Assembly (NCBI GenBank): GCA_963556905.1
Contig: CAUWAY010000001.1
Span: forward strand, 23,709 to 87,708
DNA length: 64,000 bases
Origin: an uncultured Clostridia bacterium
GTDB lineage: Bacteria > Bacillota > Clostridia > TANB77 > CAG-508
Reading direction: 5' to 3'
Shown here: positions 28,814 to 38,370 of the stretch, piece after piece
Numbering within the stretch: the first letter of the stretch is position 1
Layout of the letters: the number at the start of each line of letters is the position of its first letter
Position numbers and translations under genes: made by a program
The notes under the pieces: generated by a model
Seen by the model: only the letters and a program-made list of their open reading frames with translations
Told to the model about the DNA's origin: nothing
Databases searched by the model: none

Positions 28814-29276
28814 ATGGAAGAAGATAATTTTAAATACAATTCTACTATATTATCAAAAGAATTAAATTTTTTAAAAAAAGTTTACCCTTTTCTTCAAGTT
28901 TATTCTGCGGGAAAAAGTGTTTTAGGTAAAGATATTTGGTATATCAAAATTGGAAATGGTTCAAAAGAAATTTTTTATTCTGGTGCAATTCACCGGAAAT
29001 GAATGGATTACATCTAATGTTCTTATGGAATTTTTGAAAGATTTTTGTTATGCTTACCAAAATAATCTTTCTATTTTTGGCTTTTCTGCTCGTAATATTT
29101 ACAATTCTGCTACAATTTATATTATGCCTATGGTTAATCCTGATGGAGTTGATTTAGTTACTGGTGAAATCCTTCCTAATTCTACTCCTTATAATTCTGC
29201 AAAACAAATTTCTAATAATTTTCCGTCAATTCCTTTTGTTGATGGTTGGAAGTCCAATATTAGAGGTGTGGATTTT
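28814..29276 (+). pseudogene. M14 gamma-D-glutamyl-(L)-meso-diaminopimelate peptidase-like gene, 5' part (split by the 10.4-kb element; frame break at cac-CGG-A, C at 28994)
   Basis: ORFs 28814..29002 and 28950..29309 join as ..KEIFYSGAIH-G-NEWITSNVLMEFLKDF..IMPMVNPDGVDLV..GWKSNIRGVDF. The HxxE zinc motif spans the break. Confidence 0.75.
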
Positions 29277-29337
29277 AAAAACTTCCAACCAATTTGCAAA
29301 GTCTTGTAACTTACTAAAATCACACAACTTTGCATTT

Positions 29338-30974
29338 TTAATCTTCATTTATTAATTCTTCAATTTTTATAAATTCGTCCAAATTTTCATTAATATAATT
29401 TAGTTTTGAAAAGTTAAAATATATGTATACATTTTTATCTTTGTCAATCTCAATTTTGTTAATTAATCTGTATAAATACATTTTATCAATTTGATTTAAT
29501 TTCAAAAAATTTTCTATTAATTCATCTAATTCCTTTTCTTCTTTTATGTAATTTTTACTCTCAATTTCATTATCAAGTCCAATTAATTTTTGCTTTTGTT
29601 CATTTAATTTTGTTCTTTCAAACTTAAATTTTTGTGATATTCTAACATAATCTTCTTCTTGTAAGATTCCTATTAACTTATCCATATACATTTTATCTAA
29701 ATTAGTATTTATATCAAATATAACCTTATTAATTTGCTCAATTTTTTTCTTATATCCGTCTCGAATATCAAGTGTTTTATTTTGATATTTTTCATAAATA
29801 GAATAAAAAATTTTTTTATCAACGTATGTCCTACATATCTTTTTTACAATATAAATAATATGATTTTCAAATTTTCCGTAATTAATACTTAATGGATAGC
29901 AACCTCTTGATTTATGGTCGCTGCAAGTTATATATGGATGTGATTTTGCATTTCTTTTAGAGTTCTTTTTTAACACAATTTGCAGTTTTCTTTTACAATG
30001 ATAACAATAAAGTAATCCTCGTAATAAATAATCATATTTTAGTTTTGTATTTGTTCCTTTTTTTTCAATAATACATTGTACCTTTTCAAATGTGTCTTTA
30101 TCAATAATAGCTTCGTGTGTATTATCAACTCTTATTTGATTTTCCTTTTCAACTGTTCTTATTTTCTTAACTTTGTATGATATAACTGACTTTTTATTTT
30201 GTACTGTATTTCCGATATACACCTCATTTTTTAACATATTGCACAATGTCACTTCATTCCAATCATAGCTTGTTTTATTATCATCTTGAACTATTCCAGT
30301 TTTTCTATACCCTGTTGGAGATAAGTATTTATTGGTGTTTAAATAATTTACTATTTCCATACTTCCATGTCCATTTGCATACATATCAAAAATATTTTCT
30401 ACAGTATCTCTTACTTGTTCATCTATAATTAATTTATTTTTAATACTTGGATTCCTTTTATATCCGATAGGCTGGAATACTACATAAATATTCACCTTGT
30501 TTCTGTTTTTCCTTATAAACACTTCTAATTTTCTTGGATATATCTTTAGCATAATAATCGTTCATTATTGCTTTAAAAGGTGTTATATCATTATTTGTGC
30601 TATCAATATATGTATCTATTCCATCAGTTATTGCAACATACCTTATATTATTTTGTGGAAAATAATTTTCTATGTAATGGCCTATTTTAATATAATCTCT
30701 TCCAAGTCTTGATAAATCTTTGGTTATTACCATATTAATAGTTTTATTTTCGATGTCTGTGAGCATTCTATTGAACCCAAGTCTATCAAATGTAGTTCCA
30801 GAAATTCCGTCATCAACATATTCCTTTACCAAACATAAATTATTCTCCTTTACATATCTTTGCAAAATTTTTCTTTGATTACTGATACTTTCGCTTTCTT
30901 GCTTGTCGCCATCTTCTCTAGATAGTCTTATATACATTCCGTACTTTAAAGTTTTGACTATTTAAGTTTAGCAT
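29338..30974 (-). CDS. large serine recombinase (resolvase domain, recombinase domain, zinc ribbon, coiled coil), frame broken twice at CGG-A (C at 30941 and 30466)
   Basis: GGAGG RBS plus ATG at 30974 gives MLNLNSQNFKV. After skipping a C it reads GMYIRLSREDGD..SISNQ (catalytic Ser region)..SIPAY. After skipping another C it reads GYKRNPSIKNKLIIDE...YCYHCKRKL..CSDHKSRGC. Confidence 0.85.
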
Positions 30975-31048
30975 TTGACCTCCTATCTGTAATCATCTAT
31001 GTTTAAATTGTAACGTGCTCAAAATTATTTTGCAATAATATGTAATAA

Positions 31049-31192
31049 TTACTTAGTTTTTATTTTTATATTTTCTAAATAATCTTTAAAAATTAATCCA
31101 ATTGTTTCTTTCACTCCTTGCTTTTCTTCCGTAAATATGCAATATGTATTAAACTCTGACTTATCTTTTTTATGTTTGATTTTCTCACACAT
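31049..31192 (-). CDS. small hypothetical protein upstream of the recombinase (possible directionality factor)
   Basis: My own translation is MCEKIKHKKDKSEFNTYCIFTEEKQGVKETIGLIFKDYLENIKIKTK (47 aa), behind an AAGGAG RBS. The function is a guess from position only. Confidence 0.3.
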   Translation of the reverse strand: MCEKIKHKKDKSEFNTYCIFTEEKQGVKETIGLIFKDYLENIKIKTK

Positions 31193-31802
31193 ATTTACAT
31201 CATCTCCTTACTGTTTTTAATAAAATTATCTAATACAGAATATTAAAGAAAATGGCTTGTTATGACACTTAAAATTAGTGTATTTGTCAATGTAGTTTTT
31301 AACTTCTTCTATATAGAAGTCCGCTTCATATAGCAAAAAAAAGTATTAAAATAATTTTTTTCATAAAAAAAGACACCCTATAATGTTCTCACACTATTAG
31401 GTGTTATTATATCTTTACAATACTAAAATTTTGCTACATTTTTACTTAACTTTTTGCTAACACATTTTCTTAATTAGCAAATCCGTGTAATGCCTATGTC
31501 ATCACACTTTCTTTTCATTTTTTCATATACATTTACATATTTTGTCAAGACCTATTTAAAAATTTTTATTTGGGAAATGTCGGACATTTAAAACAAATTT
31601 TATTTTTATGCTAAAAGGCAGAAAAGAGATTCAGAGTGAATCTCATAAACACCTAGAAAACCAAGTTTTCTAGTCCTGTACAAGTATTTAAAAAACACAG
31701 AAACAACACAGAGGAATATATCATTCCCACTTCAGTATTTGGTTCATTTTTTTGGTATATTACATTATGTATAAATTTATTTAATTTGCTTTTACTAATA
31801 GT

Positions 31803-32279
31803 TTAGCGCTTGTTTATTATATCTTCTTTAATTTTATTTATAGAATCTGTAACATATTTTGTAGCTTGTTCATCATAAATATATTTTCCACCAACTTTTC
31901 TAACGACATCTCCTAATTTTATATTTTCTGGCAAGTCTTTTTCAAAAGCAATATATTTACATTCTTTATTATTTTTGTATTGAGTTACTTTGTATCTATG
32001 ATATTCGTAATCATTTTCATACTTATCTGTAACAATAAATGTATCACCTTTACTTAAGTTTGATAATTCCTTGCTAAAATAACCTTCCAAAAAAGACCAT
32101 TTTTTTCTATAAAGTTCCATATCTTCTTCAGGAGTTAATTTAATATCATCCATTTTTTCACCTTTTAATTCATTTCTACTATTAATTTTTTCTAATGTCT
32201 CACTTAATTCTTGCATAAAATTTTTTATAAACTCATTTTGTTCCAATTTTTCTATTATTGTATCTAAGCCTAAATTCAA
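31803..32279 (-). CDS. hypothetical cytoplasmic protein, candidate inhibitor/immunity partner of the adjacent nuclease
   Basis: 158-aa ORF, 15 nt downstream of the nuclease gene, with no signal peptide. The role is inferred only from the NucA/Nin-like gene arrangement. Confidence 0.45.
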   Translation of the reverse strand: MNLGLDTIIEKLEQNEFIKNFMQELSETLEKINSRNELKGEKMDDIKLTPEEDMELYRKKWSFLEGYFSKELSNLSKGDTFIVTDKYENDYEYHRYKVTQYKNNKECKYIAFEKDLPENIKLGDVVRKVGGKYIYDEQATKYVTDSINKIKEDIINKR

Positions 32280-32294
32280 ATTATTCCTCCTTAT

Positions 32295-33074
32295 CTATTC
32301 TAATAATTTAGCTTCTCCTGTTCTATAATTAATTTCAAAATTGTCTTGTACATTATATATAAATTTATTAAAAGACACTCCATCTTCTTCAACAGATTTT
32401 GCTTCTATTTCTACACCAGTTGCCAACTCATTTGCACCATCATAAATTGGTGTTACTCTATATATAACATGATAATCTTTACCTTTCTTATTTTTTTGTT
32501 TAATCCAATTTGCAACTATATTTTCATATTCTATCATAGCATCATTTAGCTGTACTGTACCTGTAATTAGATTTTGTCTGTTATTATTTTCATTCCCTAA
32601 TTGCCATGCAATTAGATGACATCTCTCATATAAATGATAACGGTTATTTTCTCCATGTAAATATTGAAACCATCCAGTAGGCTTATATGATAAACTTCCT
32701 CTTTTAGTTCCTTCTAGTGGCATTGTATATTTACATATATTTGCAAAAGCTACATCTGCTCTTTCAAATTCATCAAGTGGTGAATAATATTCAAAATTTT
32801 CCGTAGTTATATCTGCATCTTTAAAATATGGTACATTATTATTAATGTCAATAACTATTTGTCCAGAATATTCTGGAATATCATTTATACTAATGTTAGT
32901 ATGAGTATTATTGACTATATTAGTTTGTGTATTTTCAGTTGAAATATTGTTTGATAATTCTTCTCTGTTTGGAAATATTGCATAGCCAATTAAAGTTAAT
33001 AATATTATTAAACTTACTATTATTCCTATTTGTTTTAAGTTTTTCTCTTTCATATCTTCTTTATTATTATTCAT
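32295..33074 (-). CDS. membrane-anchored DNA/RNA non-specific endonuclease (EndA / DNA-entry-nuclease-like)
   Basis: N-terminal TM (IGIIVSLIILLTLIGYAIF). The catalytic block is YERCHLIAWQLGNENNNRQNLITGTVQLN..MIEYEN, as in the Endonuclease_NS_2 family. Confidence 0.7.
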   Translation of the reverse strand: MNNNKEDMKEKNLKQIGIIVSLIILLTLIGYAIFPNREELSNNISTENTQTNIVNNTHTNISINDIPEYSGQIVIDINNNVPYFKDADITTENFEYYSPLDEFERADVAFANICKYTMPLEGTKRGSLSYKPTGWFQYLHGENNRYHLYERCHLIAWQLGNENNNRQNLITGTVQLNDAMIEYENIVANWIKQKNKKGKDYHVIYRVTPIYDGANELATGVEIEAKSVEEDGVSFNKFIYNVQDNFEINYRTGEAKLLE

Positions 33075-33378
33075 GTTTCCCCCCTAGCAACAATTCTTCA
33101 TAATTATTTTACATTATAATATTATAATACTGGAAATTTTTCAACTCTAATATCAATAGAAATAATAGAACCAAAAAAAATTTGAATGCAAACAATTAAG
33201 AAATAAATTTTTAAAATGAGATAACTGTTTATTTTATACCATATTTTGTAAATTTTTTCAATAATTACTGATTAATTTATACAATAAATTTATTTAAAAT
33301 TTAAAAAAGTAAGAAAATTAATAAACATATTAAATTCCTTACTTCTTCTTGTAATAATATTATTAACAAATTATTTAA

Positions 33379-33600
33379 TTACTCATGATATTTTTTATAA
33401 ACGGTTTCTAACATAGAAAAATCTTCAACTGCAATACGAAACATTGCAAGCCTTATAGAAACAACTGAGCTTCTTATAACATTTGGTGTACAATGTTGTT
33501 CTCTTGCAATTGCAGATAATGTATCTTTTTTAAATTCTATTGGTTTTAATCCATAATATCTTTTAAATCGTTCTTTCTGTAAATCTGTCTTTTTATGCAA
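33379..33600 (-). CDS. small sigma-70 region-4-like HTH protein
   Basis: LQKERFKRYYGL....LSAIAREQHCTPNVIRSSV resembles region 4 HTH proteins of integrative elements. The start is TTG, and an in-frame open stretch upstream is cut by a single TAA. Confidence 0.4.
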   Translation of the reverse strand: MHKKTDLQKERFKRYYGLKPIEFKKDTLSAIAREQHCTPNVIRSSVVSIRLAMFRIAVEDFSMLETVYKKYHE

Positions 33601-33777
33601 TTTAAGAACTATATTATAGAGTTACTCTTTATGATTATTTGAAATATTATATTCTTTCATATAATCCAAGAGATACTCAACTAGATTTCTTCTATCTGTA
33701 AATTTACTTATGTTATACCACCTCCGATTTAAATAATTTAATAATCTATTATTAATAATGGTATAACGTATATTCAG

Positions 33778-35025
33778 CTATTTGTCAGCGCTCTTTTTGC
33801 TTTTTCTATTTATTTTTTTATAAGTATTATCTTTTGCATTATCTATTGTCTTTGTTAGAGCACTTATAATTATTCGATTTATTACTCTAAAATCTGATAT
33901 TTTATTGATTGTCTCATAGTCTAAATTGCTTTTTATTTCTGTAGCAGTAATTTTAGGTTGTAGATTTTCTTCTTTATATACACTTAACAATTTGTTTATT
34001 CTTTTTTCTATAAATACTTGTTTTTCCACGTTATTTGGACTTTCAAAAAAAGATTTTAATGTAAATCTTGATACTAATGGTGGTGGTAAAACTTCCTTGT
34101 AATTATCTTTAGATAAATTTGTTGTAAAAATAATTATATATCCATTTAAATCATATTCATTTCCTGTTAAATCTGTAAATTTTCCATCTTCTAATAATTC
34201 ATAGAAAAAATTAAATATATCAGTATCTGCTTTTTCAAATTCATCAATTAATATTACTTTTGAATCACTATTTCGTATTTTATTTGATAGTTCTCCACCT
34301 CTTTCACTACCAATAAATCCAATTGGAGAACCTATTAAACTATTTAGTGCTCCATGCGTTTTATAATTTCCTAAATTTATTTTTATCATCTTTGACTCTT
34401 TATACATAGTGTTGTGGATTATTCTAGCTAATTCAGTTTTTCCAACACCTGGATTTCCACATATAAGTAATGAAAATATTCTCATTTCCCCCAACTTATA
34501 TAATATTGGAAAATCTTTCAATTTCTTTAAAAACTCTTTTCTAAATGCATTATGTCCGATTAAATCATCTGTTAATGATTTCTCTATCTTTTTTAATCCA
34601 TCGTTATCTATGCTAATAAAGTCATAATTAACTAAATCTTTTTCTTCATAAATTGTTTGTATTGGTTTAAATTCATCAAAAGACGTTGCAAAATCCTGTC
34701 TAAATCTATTTTTGCTATTTTCATTTAATATAACATGTATATTTTCTGTTAAATAAATTTGATGCATAATATTTTCAATAATCATATTATTAGTTTCTGT
34801 ATTTGTTCTATATAAATTACTTATATCAACATAATAATTATTACTCTCTTCAATTTGTATAGGATTATTTTTATCTGCAAATGCTATTGCTGTTATAATC
34901 TCGTCATTGGTAGCCTTTTTAGTTTTAAATTCATTTAATCTTTCAAATGTAAATGTATAAACAATTTTATTCTTCATTATTCTCTTTATCTCCATTCTCA
35001 AATGATAAATCTTGTATAATTGCAA
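33778..35025 (-). CDS. ClpA/ClpB-D2-like (AAA_2) ATPase with unknown ~170-aa N-terminal domain
   Basis: LIGHNAFRKE...SLLICGNPGVGKTELARII (Walker A), LIGSPIGFIGSERGGELS, VILIDEFEKA (Walker B), FYELLEDGKFTD, IIFTTN (sensor 1). The true start is possibly Met at 34995 or 34977. Confidence 0.75.
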   Translation of the reverse strand: MQLYKIYHLRMEIKRIMKNKIVYTFTFERLNEFKTKKATNDEIITAIAFADKNNPIQIEESNNYYVDISNLYRTNTETNNMIIENIMHQIYLTENIHVILNENSKNRFRQDFATSFDEFKPIQTIYEEKDLVNYDFISIDNDGLKKIEKSLTDDLIGHNAFRKEFLKKLKDFPILYKLGEMRIFSLLICGNPGVGKTELARIIHNTMYKESKMIKINLGNYKTHGALNSLIGSPIGFIGSERGGELSNKIRNSDSKVILIDEFEKADTDIFNFFYELLEDGKFTDLTGNEYDLNGYIIIFTTNLSKDNYKEVLPPPLVSRFTLKSFFESPNNVEKQVFIEKRINKLLSVYKEENLQPKITATEIKSNLDYETINKISDFRVINRIIISALTKTIDNAKDNTYKKINRKSKKSADK

Positions 35026-35998
35026 TTAAATCAATGTACGGAGCTCTCACCAATTCAATTAATGGATCACCATTTACTTTTGTTTCTCTTGAAGATTTCA
35101 TTTCATCTATTTCTACATTTTGTTTATTGCCTAATTCTTGCAATTTTGAATATGTTGTTTTGTTTTTTGGATCATAATTTTTTGTTCTATATATTCCTAT
35201 AATATTTACTAAACCAATTTCTAAATCATATATTGAATATTCGTTTTCAAATTCTTTTTCTGCTTTCATTGGAATATCAATATAAAATTTTTCTTTTCCT
35301 TTTGTACACATTAAATAATATTTGTAATCTTTTAATATCATATTAGTTAATGAATTTACATTTATTTTAAAAGCTTGTCCATCTGAATATGTATCGACTG
35401 TATTACCGTTAAATGCACCACTTATAATAGAGTTTGCTTGTAATATTTCTTCATTATTCCAAATTTTCAATTTTACATTATCTATTTTTACTAAATCTCC
35501 ATTCTGCAAATCTTCTAGATTTTCTACTTTTTTACATTTTTTTAGAATTTCTCTTAAATATGTAGAATTTGTATTTTTTATTTCTTGAATTTCTTTATAT
35601 TCGTGATTTGTTAATTCAGAATACTCCCCACCTAAATCTCCTTTTATTGGTAATTTCTTTGTATTAAATGAACTCTCAATTCCGTAACTTTGCTTATAAC
35701 CTTTCTGCTTTTTTATTGATTCTTCAGCATTTATTTTTATTTTATTATTAATTAACATTGCAATTTCAAACACTTTCGGGTAATTAATATAATAAGTATT
35801 AAATAATTCTTTAAAATCATCTGTGGGGTTTATTTCTACTTCTTTTAAATCAAGATACAAAATTATTAGTGCAAATATAATGATACCTACCCATTTAATT
35901 GCAACTAAATCATTTAAAACTTTATCTAAAAACATATACATTACAATTACAAATAATATTTGAATTGTTATTTTTATTATCCATTTTAACTTTTCCAT
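34967..35998 (-). CDS. two-TM membrane protein of unknown function, translationally coupled to the AAA+ ATPase
   Basis: AGGAGA RBS precedes MEKLKWIIKITIQILFVIVMYMFL..IKWVGIIIFALIILYL, then a ~280-aa soluble part with no recognisable motif. Its 3' end overlaps the ATPase ORF. Confidence 0.6.
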   Translation of the reverse strand: MEKLKWIIKITIQILFVIVMYMFLDKVLNDLVAIKWVGIIIFALIILYLDLKEVEINPTDDFKELFNTYYINYPKVFEIAMLINNKIKINAEESIKKQKGYKQSYGIESSFNTKKLPIKGDLGGEYSELTNHEYKEIQEIKNTNSTYLREILKKCKKVENLEDLQNGDLVKIDNVKLKIWNNEEILQANSIISGAFNGNTVDTYSDGQAFKINVNSLTNMILKDYKYYLMCTKGKEKFYIDIPMKAEKEFENEYSIYDLEIGLVNIIGIYRTKNYDPKNKTTYSKLQELGNKQNVEIDEMKSSRETKVNGDPLIELVRAPYIDLIAIIQDLSFENGDKENNEE

Positions 35999-36072
35999 TT
36001 TATCTCTCCTAAAACAAAAGCGAAATATAATAATAGAATATTCTAATCTCATATTTCACTTATCTCTTGTAT

Positions 36073-36831
36073 TTATAAATTATTAAATCCAGCATATTCC
36101 TTAAATGCCAACAAGTATAATGCTTTTAATAAGTCAGGATTTTTCTCTCTTAGTTCATCTACTACTGTATCTGAACCAACTTGTAATTCTCTATTTTCTT
36201 CTATAATTTCATCTATTAACTTTGGTAATTCTATACAAATTTTATAAAATGCTTCTTTATCTCCAGTAACTATTTCATAGAACTTGTCCATTGAAACACG
36301 TCTAATTCTTTCGTTTTCCATTCTTTCTTCATCTAGAGAAACTTTCCAAACTATATTTTGACTATTCTTTGCTATAACTTCTACAAGATAACATTCTGCT
36401 TTATTGTCACTTGCAATTTTATTTAGCATTCTCATATATGTTTTTTGTGATGAAGAAGAATTCATTGTATTATGCTTATTTTTCATTTCTACATATATTT
36501 TAGTTCCATTATTCTTTGTATAAATGACATCGAATCCTTCTTTTGGTACTTCACAATTTTTTATGTATTTAAACATATTCTGATGAAAATATCCAATAGC
36601 ATTTGAATTCGTTTTATCTCTTTGTCTTACTAATTCATCTTTTATTACTTCTTCAAAATCTTTTCTATATACTTTACTATCAAATACCATTTTAATCGGA
36701 TCTACTATATTAAAATTAAATTTACTCAAGTCAATTCCGTCTAATCTTTTTTCATATGTAGAAATTGTATTTTTTATATGTTGTTTTAAATCTTCCCTTG
36801 TTATAAAATTAAGATTCCACATTTTCATCAA
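36073..36831 (-). CDS. type II restriction endonuclease candidate (Eco47II-like by recollection)
   Basis: 252 aa, overlapping the 3' end of the C5-methyltransferase gene by 23 nt. It has the blocks IGYFHQNMF and VEMKNKHNTMNSSS. Specificity is unknown. Confidence 0.55.
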   Translation of the reverse strand: MMKMWNLNFITREDLKQHIKNTISTYEKRLDGIDLSKFNFNIVDPIKMVFDSKVYRKDFEEVIKDELVRQRDKTNSNAIGYFHQNMFKYIKNCEVPKEGFDVIYTKNNGTKIYVEMKNKHNTMNSSSSQKTYMRMLNKIASDNKAECYLVEVIAKNSQNIVWKVSLDEERMENERIRRVSMDKFYEIVTGDKEAFYKICIELPKLIDEIIEENRELQVGSDTVVDELREKNPDLLKALYLLAFKEYAGFNNL

Positions 36832-37840
36832 CTCCTTTATTTAGTGCATTCATAATTGATATTCCAACTTCTTTTGCAAGCTCTACCGGTACAGCATTTC
36901 CTATTTGTTTATATATGTCATTCATTTTTCCTGAAAATTCCCATTCATCTGGAAAAGATTGAATTCTTGCATATTCTCTAGTAGTAAATGGTCTACTTTC
37001 CTCTGGATGACATCTATCAGTCTGTTTCATCATCGGAGAACATGTTAATGTTAATGATGGCTCATCCCAAGAAATTCTTCTTGCAATTCCAGTTCGTCCA
37101 CCACCCATAAAATAACATGATTTCATATAATCTCTTGCTACATCATCTGGTAAATCTCTCCAATATCCTCCAGGTGGTACTAAATCAAATACCTTTTTCT
37201 TTTTCTCAGGATATTTTGCGCCAACTGACTCCGGTACATTTTGTAACACATCTCTTAAAACAGGCTTATAATCGTGGGGTTCTGGATATTCAAATTTAAC
37301 ATTTTCTTTTAAATCATTTCTAGTTCCTATTATAACAACCCTTTGTCTCTTTTCAGCCACCCCATAATCCCATGCATTTAAAACTTTCCACTCAACTGTA
37401 TAACCTAAATCTTCAAAAACATCTACCATTGTTTGAATTGTTCTACCACCATCATGAGTAGTTAATCCTTTAACATTTTCTGCTAAAAACATTTTGGGTT
37501 GCAACTGTCTCAAAAATTCAGCATAATAGAAGAACATTGTTCCTCTTACATCTTCTAAACCTAGTTTTTTTCCTGCGTAACTAAATGATTGACAAGGATA
37601 CCCTCCAGATAATAAATCTAATTCTCCTTTTTTCAAGTTGAATTCCTTTAATAAATCTTTTTGAGAAAACTTCACAATATCTTCTTCAATTACATTCCAA
37701 TTAGGTCTATTTAATCTTAATGTATCACATGCAGTTTTATTTATTTCTACTAATCCTATTTCTTCAAATCCTGCTTTTTCTAAACCTAATGCTAAGCCCC
37801 CTGCTCCAGCAAATAGTTCTATACACTTTCTTTTCATCAA
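36809..37840 (-). CDS. DNA (cytosine-5)-methyltransferase
   Basis: Motif I is ELFAGAGG, motif IV is GGYPCQSFS, motif VI is ENVKGL, motif VIII is QRVVIIG, and motif X is GNAVPV. Confidence 0.9.
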   Translation of the reverse strand: MMKRKCIELFAGAGGLALGLEKAGFEEIGLVEINKTACDTLRLNRPNWNVIEEDIVKFSQKDLLKEFNLKKGELDLLSGGYPCQSFSYAGKKLGLEDVRGTMFFYYAEFLRQLQPKMFLAENVKGLTTHDGGRTIQTMVDVFEDLGYTVEWKVLNAWDYGVAEKRQRVVIIGTRNDLKENVKFEYPEPHDYKPVLRDVLQNVPESVGAKYPEKKKKVFDLVPPGGYWRDLPDDVARDYMKSCYFMGGGRTGIARRISWDEPSLTLTCSPMMKQTDRCHPEESRPFTTREYARIQSFPDEWEFSGKMNDIYKQIGNAVPVELAKEVGISIMNALNKGVDENVES

Positions 37841-37851
37841 CTATCTCTCCT

Positions 37852-38262
37852 TTAGTACAATTTTGTTGTTCCTACTTTATCTATATACTCTAACAATTCT
37901 TGATATTTTTCTCCATAAGCAAATGATTGCGGTGCAGTAAAATTAAATTTTTGTTTTAATGTATCTAATTTTATTGTTTTATTTATTTCATAAACACTTT
38001 CTATTTGATAAGCATACTTTTCTGTGTTGGTATTATTAAATTCCTTGTTGCCATATCCATCTATACTAATCTTGTTTGGACTAGCCACAGGTTGTTTTAC
38101 TCTTAAAACATATTTAAGTTCCTTTATAGGTGTTGGAACATATACTATTATATAATCAAAATCATTTTTAGGTTTTTTAGTCCTAAATTCATGATTTTTT
38201 ATTTTACTTAAAATTCTATTTATATGTATTTCTTTTATACTCATAAATACAGCACTTTTCAT
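37852..38262 (-). CDS. ASCH/PUA-like domain protein (uncertain)
   Basis: MSIKEIHINRILSKIKNHEFRTKKP....YIIVYVPTPIKELKYVLRV resembles the ASCH N-terminal pattern (SIKP.y...I..G.K..E.R). The likely start is at 38244. Confidence 0.45.
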   Translation of the reverse strand: MKSAVFMSIKEIHINRILSKIKNHEFRTKKPKNDFDYIIVYVPTPIKELKYVLRVKQPVASPNKISIDGYGNKEFNNTNTEKYAYQIESVYEINKTIKLDTLKQKFNFTAPQSFAYGEKYQELLEYIDKVGTTKLY

Positions 38263-38370
38263 ATTAGCTATCCTCGTTTTTCCTTAAATCGTATACAATA
38301 TATCATAAATTTCATTTTTTTTCTACAAACTAATAGTATTTCCTACAAGTTTTTCTATAAAATTATTTTT

